A stretch of 64,000 bases of DNA. Origin: Candidatus Hydrothermales bacterium (GTDB lineage Bacteria; Hydrothermota; Hydrothermia; Hydrothermales; JAJRUZ01). A program made the translations under genes and the position numbers. Within the stretch, counting starts at the first letter, position 1. The number at the start of each line of letters is the position of its first letter. Positions 19,427-29,708 of this stretch are shown in pieces. Under the pieces are notes generated by a model, which was given only the letters and a program-made list of their open reading frames with translations, searched no databases and was not told where the DNA came from. Location of the stretch: the NCBI GenBank assembly GCA_039630575.1, contig JBCNUW010000004.1, positions 36,146 through 100,145 of the forward strand. Reading direction: 5' to 3'.

Positions 19427-21772
19427 ATGATAGAGTTAATTTTAATTTCATATATAGCCATCGGTAATTATAAGTTTGACCCTCTTTCAACCAATCCAGA
19501 AATCCCCGAAGATTTAAAGATTAATAAATCAACTGTTTATATTCTCCTTCTGAAATCCCCAATATATGACTTTTATAAACTTCAAATTGAAAAAAAAGGA
19601 GCAAGAATTTTACATTATGTTCCATTAAACTCCTTTGCGGTTAGAGTAAAAGATACGTTGATACTGAATGAAATTAAAAAACTTGATTTTGTTAAGGGAG
19701 TTTATATCTACCAACCTGCCTTTAAAATTTCTTCAAATATTGGAAAAAAAATAAACATAAAAGGAAAAAGATATGAAAATCCTTACAAGAATATCTATTA
19801 TGTACACTTTTTTGAAGATGTAGGCAAAGAAGAAGCAAGAAAAATATTAGAAAAATATGGAGCAAAGATCATCTCAGAAATAAAAAGTCTTACACATCCT
19901 GTTTTTGTTTTAGAATATAAAGATAGCATAAAAAAACTTGCTTTTGATGAAAACATATTCTGGATAGAAGAAAAAAGACCATTTTTCAAGATGAATGACA
20001 GAACATACTGGGTTATACAGAACAATGTTCTGAATACTTCACCCATATGGAATAAGGGAATAAAAGGAGAAAATCAGATAATAAATATAATGGATACAGG
20101 TGTTGATACAGCTTCGTGTTTTTTCAGAAATAATAAAATAATTTGGAAAGAAAGCTATTCAGGTTTTTATACAGATGCCTGTAAAGATGGACATGGTACA
20201 CATGTGGCTGGAACTATAGCTGGTTATGATGTCTCTAATACACTAAATCAGTTTAAGGGAATGGCTTATAATGCTAAACTAACAGTTCAGTTTACAGGTG
20301 ATAACTTTTTTACATGCTGGGTAGGTGCTCTTTATATTCCAGATGATCTTTACAATGCTTTTTTAAATGCCTATAATGTGGGCGCAAGAATTTTTTCAAA
20401 TTCTTGGGGAGGTTTAGACACTACAGTTTATACGACTTTAGATCAACAAGTAGATAAGTTTATGTACGATAATAATCACGCTGTTTGCGTGTTTGCAGCT
20501 GGAAATTCAGGTGGAAGTGTAGATCAATGGACAGGAGCTGTTCTTGACTCAGTTCATTATAGAACTATTGGTACACCAGGTGCAGCAAAAAATGTAGTTA
20601 CAGTGGGAGCAACACCACCTCCTCCAAAACACGATATATCTGCCTTTTACTCAAGCAAGGGGCCTACCTTTGATGGAAGAATCAAGCCTGACGTAATGGC
20701 TCCAGGCGGAGACTGTGGAACCAGTGCTTTAAATCAAGATCCAAATCTTTATATAAGGTCAGCCGATAATGATACCCTATCGTATCCTACATGTGATACA
20801 GCAAGCTATCCCTTTATGGGAACAAGCATGGCTACACCAGCCGTAGCAGGAGGTATAGCTCTTATTAGGCAGTATTTCACTGAGGGATGGTATCCTTCAG
20901 GGATTAAGGATCCAAACAATGCCTTTATCCCCTCAGGTGCCCTTCTAAAGGCTATGATAATTTCCTCTGCAGAACAAATGAATGGAACAGATCCCTATGG
21001 TATAGATTCAAGAGAGGTTCATCCAATACCTGATTCTTCACAGGGTTGGGGAAGGATCAAACTTGAAAACTCACTTTATTTCCAAGGTGATATTGATCGT
21101 CTATATTTAGATGATAACCTTTCTGGACTTTCAACTGGCTCTTCAAAATCCTATATAGTAACTTCAAATGGAGGAAAATTAAAAGTAGTGTTAGTTTGGA
21201 CTGATTATCCTGCTAATGCTGGTTCAGGGGTCGCACTTGTTAACGATCTAAATCTAATCGTTCAGGGTCCATCCGGAACATATTATGGAAACAGATTCTA
21301 TAACGGTGAGTCACAAGTAGGTGGACAGAAAGATAATAGAAATCCAGTTGAGGTATTTTATTTATCTAACGCACCTCAAGGAAACTATGTCGTACAGGTT
21401 GAGGGAGGAAATGTACCTCATGGACCACAGAAATACGCTATTGTTATTACTGGAAGATTTTCGAGTGTCTTTATAGAAGAAAAAGTATCAGATAAAACTA
21501 TAAGTATTAAGGAAACCTATTTAAGAAAACCAATTTATTTACATTCGTCCAATTCTTATCTGATAAGATTTGGATTAAAAGAAAACACTAAAGTAAAATT
21601 ATCAATATTTGATATATCAGGAAAAAAAGTAACTGTAATTAAAGAGGGGATTATGGAAAAGGGAGAATATATCCTCTACTGGAATAAAGAGGAAGTAAAA
21701 AGTGGTACATACTTTTTATATTTAGAAACAGGAAAAATAAAATTGAGGGAAAAATTTTTAAAACTAAATTGA
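19427..21772 (+). CDS. S8 subtilisin-like protease (KP-43 type) with T9SS-type C-terminal domain
   Basis: MDTG, HGTHVAGT, GTSMATP triad; LVWTD..LVNDL beta-domain; C-terminal IFDISGK..SGTYF..K. Confidence 0.92.
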   Translation: MIELILISYIAIGNYKFDPLSTNPEIPEDLKINKSTVYILLLKSPIYDFYKLQIEKKGARILHYVPLNSFAVRVKDTLILNEIKKLDFVKGVYIYQPAFKISSNIGKKINIKGKRYENPYKNIYYVHFFEDVGKEEARKILEKYGAKIISEIKSLTHPVFVLEYKDSIKKLAFDENIFWIEEKRPFFKMNDRTYWVIQNNVLNTSPIWNKGIKGENQIINIMDTGVDTASCFFRNNKIIWKESYSGFYTDACKDGHGTHVAGTIAGYDVSNTLNQFKGMAYNAKLTVQFTGDNFFTCWVGALYIPDDLYNAFLNAYNVGARIFSNSWGGLDTTVYTTLDQQVDKFMYDNNHAVCVFAAGNSGGSVDQWTGAVLDSVHYRTIGTPGAAKNVVTVGATPPPPKHDISAFYSSKGPTFDGRIKPDVMAPGGDCGTSALNQDPNLYIRSADNDTLSYPTCDTASYPFMGTSMATPAVAGGIALIRQYFTEGWYPSGIKDPNNAFIPSGALLKAMIISSAEQMNGTDPYGIDSREVHPIPDSSQGWGRIKLENSLYFQGDIDRLYLDDNLSGLSTGSSKSYIVTSNGGKLKVVLVWTDYPANAGSGVALVNDLNLIVQGPSGTYYGNRFYNGESQVGGQKDNRNPVEVFYLSNAPQGNYVVQVEGGNVPHGPQKYAIVITGRFSSVFIEEKVSDKTISIKETYLRKPIYLHSSNSYLIRFGLKENTKVKLSIFDISGKKVTVIKEGIMEKGEYILYWNKEEVKSGTYFLYLETGKIKLREKFLKLN

Positions 21773-21785
21773 ATAGGGGGAAAAA

Positions 21786-22538
21786 ATGGCAGGGCATTCT
21801 AGATGGGCACAAATTAAACATAAAAAAGCAAAAGCTGATATTCAAAAAGGTAAAATTTTTAACAAGCTCATAAGAGAAATACAGATTGCAGCAAAAATAG
21901 GAGGTGGGGATCCAGAACATAATTCAAGACTAAGACTTGCAATCGAAAAAGCTAGAGATCATAATATGCCTTGGGATAATATAGAAAAGGCTATAAAAAG
22001 AGGAACAGGTGAAATTGAAGGGCTTAAATATGAAGAAGTTTTTTATGAAGGCTATGGTCCGGCAGGAGTTGCTATTTTCATCAAAGCAACAACTGATAAC
22101 AAAAATAGAACTACTTCTGAAATAAGACACCTCTTTACAAAATACGGTGGAAATCTCGGAACAACAGGAAGTGTAAGATGGCAATTTGAGGAAAAGGGGG
22201 TCATCCACATAAAAAAAGATATTATAGATGAGGAAAAACTAATAGAAATTGCCCTTGAAGCCGGTGCTGAGGATATAAAATCGGAGGGGGAATACTTCGA
22301 TATCTACACCTTACCTTCAAAATTCTTAAACGTTAAAACTGAACTACAAAAAAGAGGGATAGAAGCAGAAGGTTCTGTCAATATGATCCCAAAGAATCAA
22401 GTTAAAGTTCAAGGTAAAGAGGCAGAAAAATTAATTGCACTACTAAACTCCCTTGAAGAGCATGAAGATGTTCAAGAAGTTGTGGCTAATTTTGAAATGA
22501 GTGAGGAAGAATTCTCAAAGCTTGTTGGAACAGTATAA
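21786..22538 (+). CDS. yebC: YebC/PmpR family protein
   Basis: MAGHSRWAQIKHKK, YEGYGPAG, TDNKNRT. Confidence 0.95.
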   Translation: MAGHSRWAQIKHKKAKADIQKGKIFNKLIREIQIAAKIGGGDPEHNSRLRLAIEKARDHNMPWDNIEKAIKRGTGEIEGLKYEEVFYEGYGPAGVAIFIKATTDNKNRTTSEIRHLFTKYGGNLGTTGSVRWQFEEKGVIHIKKDIIDEEKLIEIALEAGAEDIKSEGEYFDIYTLPSKFLNVKTELQKRGIEAEGSVNMIPKNQVKVQGKEAEKLIALLNSLEEHEDVQEVVANFEMSEEEFSKLVGTV

Positions 22539-23001
22539 AAAAAATAAAAAAATTTTCTTTGTTGGAATTGATCCAGGAATAAAATACAGTGGAATAGCTA
22601 CTATTGATATAAACAAAAAAATTCTAAATCACTCAAAGATAGATTCAAAAAATTTATTAAAATTTGCTAATGAGGTCGAAAAGATTTTAAAAAAGTATAA
22701 GCCCTTAATGACAGCAGTTGAAAATGTTTTTACGAAAAAAAGCCCAAGAGAAGCCTTTAAACTTTGTGAAAACCGTGGTGTTGTCATTTTTTTACTTGAA
22801 AAAAATAAACTTAATTATATTAACGTCTACACACAAGAATGGAAAAAAGCCCTAACTGGTTATGGAAAAGCAAAGAGTTATCAAGTTAAATTTATGCTAA
22901 AAAAATTTCTTAAAGGTAGTTTAAAAGATAAAATATCGGAGCATGAGTTAGATGCTCTCTCTCTTGCTTACTTCGCACTTACAAGATGTTCTATAGAATA
23001 A
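22501..23001 (+). CDS. ruvC: Holliday junction resolvase RuvC
   Basis: GIDPG, AVENVF, KKALTGYGKA, DALSLA; start uncertain. Confidence 0.88.
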   Translation: MRKNSQSLLEQYKKNKKIFFVGIDPGIKYSGIATIDINKKILNHSKIDSKNLLKFANEVEKILKKYKPLMTAVENVFTKKSPREAFKLCENRGVVIFLLEKNKLNYINVYTQEWKKALTGYGKAKSYQVKFMLKKFLKGSLKDKISEHELDALSLAYFALTRCSIE

Positions 23002-23543
23002 AAGGGAAACTAACACTAAAAAGAAATTTCTTTTGTGCAATAGAGAATAACGGTGTTGAATTTGCAATCACGGTTCCATTAAAAGCTATGGAAAAATTAC
23101 CTGAGGAAGGTAGTGAAGCAACTTTGTTTATTACATCTATTATTTCGGAGGAAAAAGTTGACCTTTATGGGTTTACAGATGAAAAAGAAAAGGATATTTT
23201 TGAAAAACTCATTTCAATACCAGGTATAGGACCGAAGGTTGCTCTTCAAATCCTTTCCTATTACACCGCTCATGAGTTTCTTGAAGTTTTAAAAAGAAAA
23301 GGGGAAAAAGAAATTTCAAAAATTAAAGGAGTTGGGAAAAAAAGAGCAAATCTAATATTACTTGAATTTAAAGATTATTTTTATGAAAAAGAAGTTGAAG
23401 GAATTGACATAGAAAAAGTTATATCTGCACTTTGTAAGCTTGGGCTCCAAAGAAATAAAGCAAAGGAATTAGCTATAAGAAAAATAAAAGAAAAAAAATT
23501 TGAAAAAATTGAAGACTTAATTCAAGAGATTTTGAAAGAATAA
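22986..23543 (+). CDS. ruvA: Holliday junction branch migration protein RuvA
   Basis: LYGF, LISIPGIGPKVA, IKGVGKK HhH motifs. Confidence 0.9.
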   Translation: MFYRIKGKLTLKRNFFCAIENNGVEFAITVPLKAMEKLPEEGSEATLFITSIISEEKVDLYGFTDEKEKDIFEKLISIPGIGPKVALQILSYYTAHEFLEVLKRKGEKEISKIKGVGKKRANLILLEFKDYFYEKEVEGIDIEKVISALCKLGLQRNKAKELAIRKIKEKKFEKIEDLIQEILKE

Positions 23544-23560
23544 AAATTGTATAAAAATAA

Positions 23561-23589
23561 AAGGGGGGACTTTGTACAAATCCCCCCTT
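23561..23589. terminator. intrinsic terminator between convergent ruvA and porin genes (probably bidirectional)
   Basis: AAGGGGGGA..TCCCCCCTT inverted repeat with A/T-rich flanks. Confidence 0.8.
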
Positions 23590-23607
23590 ATGTTTAATTA
23601 CTCAAAA

Positions 23608-24615
23608 TTACTTAAAATTATAGTGAAAAGTTAAACTCATATACATGTCAGATTTAGGTTTTATGTTATCTTCCTTGTCGTAGAAAACATACTTAACATT
23701 TGGAATAACACTTACATCTTTGTGAGGTTTCATAGCAAAGGCAACAAGCACAAAGTTTGATGGAGCTTCAGGGCTAAAAGGTGTATAACTTATTTTTTTA
23801 CCCTCAGGATTTTTCTCAAAGGTTTTATCATATCTTAAAAGAAAATTAAAAGACTCACTGATGTTAAGCACAAAATAAGAGGAAGCTATCATGAAATTTG
23901 TAGTTTTATCGTGATCTTTAAGCTGTGTTTGATTAACGTACTGCAATCCTAATCTAAACTTTTTGTTTTTGAGTCCAGCAAATCCCTGAATTGTATATTT
24001 CTGGTTGTGTCCTAGAGCATCAAACCAATCTCCATAGACTTCGAAAAGAAAATTTGTTAGATGAAAAGATAAGGACAAGTAAAGAGCCTTCTGCTTGTTG
24101 TTTTCAGATCTGATACCCTCGCCGTTACCAAATGTAAAATGATATTTTATTTTTTTATTCTCTCCAAAACCTCCTTTCAGGCTAAAACCTATATCTCTCG
24201 AGGTTCCGATTCTCTGCAAATCAACTGGAGTTTTTTCTACACTTCGGAAACCGTAATGATCCTCTATAACTTCCCAAGTAGGCGTAGGGGTAAGACCAAA
24301 CTGAAATTCAAAAGCTTCTAATTTCCATTTTAAATAGGCATCCTTTATGTAATCTGTAAGATTTTCCCTTTTCTTATAATCACCTGGACTATTCATTTCA
24401 AATCTCAGTCTTGAAGAGAAATTCTCATTTATTTCGTGATCATAGGTGAAATAAATTCTTCTAAACCAGAAACCGTTCATACCTTTAATTGAATCGTTGT
24501 GATGCTGTGCCACATAGAAGAAATCAAAGTAGCTGTAACCTGATATTTTTCCTTGAGACATCAAATTTAAAGGGATAAAAGATACCACAAAAAGGGTATA
24601 AAATAATCTTTTCAT
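23608..24615 (-). CDS. outer-membrane porin, probably phosphate-selective (OprO/P-like)
   Basis: Signal peptide, FRRIYFTY, KDAYLKW, amphipathic beta strands, terminal aromatic residue; downstream of pstS. Confidence 0.7.
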   Translation of the reverse strand: MKRLFYTLFVVSFIPLNLMSQGKISGYSYFDFFYVAQHHNDSIKGMNGFWFRRIYFTYDHEINENFSSRLRFEMNSPGDYKKRENLTDYIKDAYLKWKLEAFEFQFGLTPTPTWEVIEDHYGFRSVEKTPVDLQRIGTSRDIGFSLKGGFGENKKIKYHFTFGNGEGIRSENNKQKALYLSLSFHLTNFLFEVYGDWFDALGHNQKYTIQGFAGLKNKKFRLGLQYVNQTQLKDHDKTTNFMIASSYFVLNISESFNFLLRYDKTFEKNPEGKKISYTPFSPEAPSNFVLVAFAMKPHKDVSVIPNVKYVFYDKEDNIKPKSDMYMSLTFHYNFK

Positions 24616-24635
24616 CTTTCACCTCCTTTTTATGC

Positions 24636-25613
24636 TTAGTTTTTTTCGAGCATTTCTTCAACATTAACTCCAACTTTAGATCCTTTTCCACCAAAAATGG
24701 AACCTTTTTTTACTTTCTTAATTCTATCTAGTGCTAATTTATATGCTTTATCTGAAAGAGGAATATAACCAACCTCTTTTACGATCTTTTTTGCGTTCTT
24801 AAGATAAAATTCGAGAAACTTTTTGACTTCCTCTTTTTTTAAAGAATTCACGTTTACATATATAAAAAGAGGTCTTGAGAGGGGAAAGTATTTACCCGTC
24901 ATGATATTTTCAATTGTGGGGGCAATTGGACCTCTTCCATCTTCAGGATCTATCTTAACTGCTTTAAGCTTATCTTTATTTTCTTCATAGTATGCAAAGC
25001 CAAAATATCCAAGAGCTAAAGGGTCACTGCTAACTCCTTGGACTAAAACATTGTCATCTTCAGATGCTACAAAATCACCCCTTGAAGAACCTTCTTTACC
25101 AACAATTGCTTCTGTAAAATAATCGTAAGTTCCTGAATCTACACCAGGTCCATAAAGGTTTATATCTTTATCTGGAAAATCATTTCTAACCTGCGACCAC
25201 TTTTTGACTTTATCTTGAGCTTCTGGTTCCCACAATTTTTTAAGCTCGCTTACCTTAAGTTCATTACACCATGTGTTAGAAGGATGAACAACAACGGTCA
25301 AACCATCATAGGCTATAGGAATTTCAATAAACTCTATTTGATTTTTTTGGGCATTTTCAATTTCAACCTCTTTTATAGGTCTTGAGGCGTTGTTAATATC
25401 AATTTCATTCCTTAAAAATTTTTTGAAACCTCCACCTGTTCCAGAAATTCCAACAACTACTTTAATATCTTTGTGTACTTTTTGAAACTCCTCAGCAACA
25501 GCCTCTGTTATAGGAAAAACAGTACTGGAGCCATCTATGTAGATCATCTTTTCAGAAAGCAGAATTCCTTTTATAAGAGCCAATAAAGTGGCTCCTTTTA
25601 AAAATTTACTCAT
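24636..25613 (-). CDS. pstS: phosphate ABC transporter substrate-binding protein
   Basis: [43 protein letters not shown]. Confidence 0.93.
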   Translation of the reverse strand: MSKFLKGATLLALIKGILLSEKMIYIDGSSTVFPITEAVAEEFQKVHKDIKVVVGISGTGGGFKKFLRNEIDINNASRPIKEVEIENAQKNQIEFIEIPIAYDGLTVVVHPSNTWCNELKVSELKKLWEPEAQDKVKKWSQVRNDFPDKDINLYGPGVDSGTYDYFTEAIVGKEGSSRGDFVASEDDNVLVQGVSSDPLALGYFGFAYYEENKDKLKAVKIDPEDGRGPIAPTIENIMTGKYFPLSRPLFIYVNVNSLKKEEVKKFLEFYLKNAKKIVKEVGYIPLSDKAYKLALDRIKKVKKGSIFGGKGSKVGVNVEEMLEKN

Positions 25614-25637
25614 TTATACCTCCTTGATTAACTTTTT

Positions 25638-25652
25638 AAGGAATTGAACCTT
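25638..25652 (-). promoter_or_regulatory. tRNA T-arm-like leader hairpin #4 (pstS)
   Basis: Minus strand AAGG-TTCAATT-CCTT, followed by AAGGAGG and ATG 25613. Confidence 0.7.
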
Positions 25653-25678
25653 TTATTTTTTAATTTTTAATCTCTATG

Positions 25679-25718
25679 AATTAAAAATTCTTTAAGGTAG
25701 AGTTAAAAAATTGTTAAA
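25679..25718 (-). promoter_or_regulatory. Pho-box-like array upstream of pstS
   Basis: Four TTAA cores at exact 11-bp period (25681, 25692, 25703, 25714): TTAACA, TTAACT, TTAAAG, TTAATT on the minus strand. Confidence 0.7.
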
Positions 25719-25726
25719 TATAAATT

Positions 25727-28700
25727 TTATTCAACTAAACTCTCAACGCTTTTTTCTCCGAAAAGCTCGTTTATTTCATTAAAAAAATCTTCATTAAATG
25801 GAACCTTATACAAAAGAGATTTATATAGCCTTTTTTTATCTCCTAAATTTAAAGAGAAATATAAATCGAATTTCCCCCTATATTTATTTATTGTTTCTTT
25901 TAATTTCTTTATTTTATCTTCATTTAAATCTGAGTGATTTAATTTCACCACGATTCCCTTTAACTTTCTTAAAATTGCTTCCTTAATTGGTAAAATTTCT
26001 TTAACTATTACTCTTGAAGAACCTTGTAAAACCTCACCCTCTAAGTAAAAGGGCTCTAATTTCTTTATAAACTTTTCAACTTTACTTTTTAAATCTTCAA
26101 ATAAAATGACTTCAAAGGAACCTTCAAAATCTTCAAAATGTAAAATATAATAATTTTTTCTGTCACTGCTAACCTTTGTTTCAATTTTATTTAAAGCCCC
26201 ACACATTCTTACATTTTTAAACTCAACATCCTCCTCTAAAAGATCCATCGATGTATGAGTTGAAAGAACTTGTACAAAATCTAAATAGGGATCTAAGGGA
26301 TGGTTTTTAAAATATAAATTAAGAACCTCCCTCTCCCACTCCATAACTTTAATAGGGTCTCTTTCTTTTAAGTTATCACTTTTCGCGAATTTAAAAAGAG
26401 AGGGTGCTTCCTTTGTTTGGAATCTATTTTCAAAGAGATTCATTAATTTTTCTCTGTCAGGCTCAAACACATCAAAGGCTCCAGCCTTTATTAAAGCTTC
26501 GATCACTTTTCTTGTAACCTTTTTTGAACTTGCCCTTTTAACAAAATCATCAAAAGATAAAAAAGCTCTTTGATTTCTTAATTGAATAATATGCTCACAA
26601 GCTTGAATACCAACATTTTTGATTCCTAAAAGTCCATACCTTATTTTATTTTCATCTTCAACTTTAAAAAGCTTATCGGATTTCAAAATACAAACAGGTA
26701 AGATCTCTACACCATCTTTTTTTGCTAATTGAACAAAATATGAGAGTTTTTCAATCTTGTTTATCTCACCATTTAAAAGTGCTGTGTAGAACTCTGTTTT
26801 AAAATTTGCCTTCAAGTAAGCAGTAATATACGAGAGAAGAGCATAACCAGTGGAGTGAGATTTATTAAAAGCATACCTTGCGAAAGAATAGATTTTATAA
26901 GCCATATCTCTTGCCATTTCTTCCTGAATACCTCTTTCAACCATACCATCAACAAACTCTTTCATAATACTCTCACTCATAAGCTCTTCCTTTTTCTTTC
27001 CCATTGCCTTTCTCAATATATCTGCCTTTGCAAAGGAAAAACCAGCTAACTCATGGGCTATGAGCATAACCTGTTCCTGATAAACAACAAGTCCAAAGGT
27101 CTCCTTTAAAATTTTCTCGAGTTTATCATGAGGATAACTAATAGGAACAAGACCTTTTTTCCTCTTTACATACTCCTCTGTTGTTCCTGCCCCAAGAGGC
27201 CCAGGTCTGTATAAAGAAAGTATGGCAATAAGATCCTTAAAATCGTCAGGTTTTAATCTCTTTAGTAGCTCCCTCATTCCCCTTGATTCAAGCTGAAAAA
27301 CTCCCTGTGTTTTACCTTTTGATAGAATCTCAAAAGTTTTTTTATCATCAAGGGGTAAGTTGTAAGGATCTATGATAATATTTTTTTCGCTTAACATTTT
27401 TAACGTTTCCTCGATAACAGTTAAGGTTTTAAGTCCTAAGATATCTATTTTTAAAAGTCCAACAGATTCAAGAGAATTCATCTCATACTGGGAGCATACT
27501 GTTCCTTTAGAATCAGAGTAAAGTGGAACATAATCTGTAATTTCTGAAGGAGCAACAACCACACCAGCAGCATGAACTGAAGCATGTCTTGCGAGTCCCT
27601 CAGCTTTTTTTGCATATTCAAAAATTTTTCTATAATCTTCATTTTCATCTATCAATTTTTTAAAAACTGGATTCTCCGAATATGTTTCTGATAAAGTACT
27701 TTCAGTACACTCCCTAGCGAGTCTATCAACATATGAGTAATCGTAACCTAAGACTCTTCCCATATCCCTTATGGATTGTCTTGCTTTCATTCTTCCAAAG
27801 GTAATTATCTGAGAAACATTCTGTTCACCATATTTTCTTTTTATATAGGATATAACCTCATCTCTCTTTTCGTCTCCAAAATCAATATCCACATCTGGTG
27901 GAGAAATTCTTTCTGGATTTAAAAATCTCTCAAAAAGCAAATCATATTTAATAGGATCTATATTTGTAACTCCTAGTGAATATAAAACAAGCGACGAAAC
28001 AGCTGACCCTCTTCCCGGTCCCACTGGAATTCCCTTACTCTTCGCAAAATCTACAATATCTTTTATAATCAAAAAATACCCTCCAAAATTAAGCTTTTTA
28101 ATTATTTCAAGCTCCCTTTCCAATCTATCAATATACTTTTTCTTTACCTCACCTTTAAACTTTTCATTTAAACCCTTATAACTAAGATACTTTAGATATT
28201 CAAAAGTATCATCAAAATCATGTGGAATTTGAATTTTTGGAAGATAAAAACCTTTATCCAATTTAAGTTCTAAATCTATGGTCTCAGCAATTCTAACTGT
28301 ATTTAATAATGCTTTTTCATCGTAACTAAATATTTCTCTCATCTCCTTTTCAGTTTTAAAGTAAACCTCCTTAGTTTTAAATTTAAACCTATCCTCTTCC
28401 TTCAAAGTCTTTCCAGTTTGAAGAGCTAAAATTGCTTCATGAAAGTTATGCTCATCTTTTTCAACATAATGAACATCATTTGTTGCCACATATAAAAGAT
28501 CATATTTTTTTGCTAAACTGTAAAGAAATTCATTTACTATTATATTTTCTTCAAGATTTAGATCCATAAGTTCAATCACACAATTTTCTCTTCCAAATAT
28601 ATCTAAGTAAGTTTTTAAAAGTTTCTCCGCTTCATCTTTTCTATCCTGTAAAATCAGATGTGGAATCTCACCTTTAATACAACCTGTCATAAATATAAGA

Positions 28701-29092
28701 CCCTCCGAATAAGTTTTAAGGAGTTCTCTATCTATCCTTGGTTTATAATAAAACCCTTCTAAATAACCCAAAGAAGAAAGTTTCATTAAATTTTTATAAC
28801 CCCTATAATCTCTTACAAGTAAGGTTACATGGTTATAAGGATCGTATCCAATCGAAGCTACCTTTTCTTTCCTTGATCGTGCTATATAGAGTTCAGCTCC
28901 AATTATTGGTTTTATATTTCTTTCTTTTGCTTTTTTATAAAACTCTATTACTCCGAACAGGGCTCCATGATCAGTAATGGCACAGGCAAACATATTATTC
29001 TCTAAACACTTATCTAAAAGCCGATCTATAGGAGAAATACCATCTAAAAGGGAATATTCGGTATGAACATGGAGATGAACAAAATTACTCAT
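25727..29092 (-). CDS. dnaE: DNA polymerase III alpha subunit
   Basis: HLHVHTEYSLLDG PHP domain, GPGRGSA, PDVDIDF, YAFNKSH. Confidence 0.97.
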   Translation of the reverse strand: MSNFVHLHVHTEYSLLDGISPIDRLLDKCLENNMFACAITDHGALFGVIEFYKKAKERNIKPIIGAELYIARSRKEKVASIGYDPYNHVTLLVRDYRGYKNLMKLSSLGYLEGFYYKPRIDRELLKTYSEGLIFMTGCIKGEIPHLILQDRKDEAEKLLKTYLDIFGRENCVIELMDLNLEENIIVNEFLYSLAKKYDLLYVATNDVHYVEKDEHNFHEAILALQTGKTLKEEDRFKFKTKEVYFKTEKEMREIFSYDEKALLNTVRIAETIDLELKLDKGFYLPKIQIPHDFDDTFEYLKYLSYKGLNEKFKGEVKKKYIDRLERELEIIKKLNFGGYFLIIKDIVDFAKSKGIPVGPGRGSAVSSLVLYSLGVTNIDPIKYDLLFERFLNPERISPPDVDIDFGDEKRDEVISYIKRKYGEQNVSQIITFGRMKARQSIRDMGRVLGYDYSYVDRLARECTESTLSETYSENPVFKKLIDENEDYRKIFEYAKKAEGLARHASVHAAGVVVAPSEITDYVPLYSDSKGTVCSQYEMNSLESVGLLKIDILGLKTLTVIEETLKMLSEKNIIIDPYNLPLDDKKTFEILSKGKTQGVFQLESRGMRELLKRLKPDDFKDLIAILSLYRPGPLGAGTTEEYVKRKKGLVPISYPHDKLEKILKETFGLVVYQEQVMLIAHELAGFSFAKADILRKAMGKKKEELMSESIMKEFVDGMVERGIQEEMARDMAYKIYSFARYAFNKSHSTGYALLSYITAYLKANFKTEFYTALLNGEINKIEKLSYFVQLAKKDGVEILPVCILKSDKLFKVEDENKIRYGLLGIKNVGIQACEHIIQLRNQRAFLSFDDFVKRASSKKVTRKVIEALIKAGAFDVFEPDREKLMNLFENRFQTKEAPSLFKFAKSDNLKERDPIKVMEWEREVLNLYFKNHPLDPYLDFVQVLSTHTSMDLLEEDVEFKNVRMCGALNKIETKVSSDRKNYYILHFEDFEGSFEVILFEDLKSKVEKFIKKLEPFYLEGEVLQGSSRVIVKEILPIKEAILRKLKGIVVKLNHSDLNEDKIKKLKETINKYRGKFDLYFSLNLGDKKRLYKSLLYKVPFNEDFFNEINELFGEKSVESLVE

Positions 29093-29708
29093 TTCTTTTT
29101 ATTATCACTCTCCTTCCTTCTATTTTTAATCGTCCTTCGGCATAGAGTTTAATAGCCTCAGAGTAAATTTTATGCTCTTCCTTGAGTATTCTTTCAGCAA
29201 GTGACTCAGGGGTATCATCGTCAAAAACTGGAACACACCTTTGAAGAATTATAGGTCCTCCATCAACAGTTTCATCTACAAAGTGAACAGTACAGCCCGA
29301 TACCTTAACGCCATACTCTACTGCTTGCCTTTGTGCTTCAAGACCTTTAAAGGAAGGTAATAGAGAGGGATGGATATTCATTATTCTGTTTCTAAACTCT
29401 CTTAAAAGGGCTCCTTTTAAAATTCTCATAAATCCAGCAAGTACAACAAGTTCAACACTTTCTTCCTTTAAAACTCTTGCATATTCTTCCTCCCTTTCTG
29501 GTTCTAAAGTATGTTTTCTTTTACCAGGGTCAAGATACAAAGCTTTGACTCCATACTTTTCTGCTATTTTAAGTACTGGTGCATTAATATTATCAGATAT
29601 CACAATTTTCATTTCGCAGGGAAGTAAACCCTCTTTTATATTCTTTAAAATTGCCTCTACATTTGAGCCCCTTCCGGAGGCAAGAGCTCCTATTTTTAAG
29701 GTCTTCAT
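29085..29708 (-). CDS. purN: phosphoribosylglycinamide formyltransferase
   Basis: SGRGSN, LAGFMRIL, NIHPSLLPSFKG, GCTVHFV. Confidence 0.96.
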   Translation of the reverse strand: MKTLKIGALASGRGSNVEAILKNIKEGLLPCEMKIVISDNINAPVLKIAEKYGVKALYLDPGKRKHTLEPEREEEYARVLKEESVELVVLAGFMRILKGALLREFRNRIMNIHPSLLPSFKGLEAQRQAVEYGVKVSGCTVHFVDETVDGGPIILQRCVPVFDDDTPESLAERILKEEHKIYSEAIKLYAEGRLKIEGRRVIIKRNE

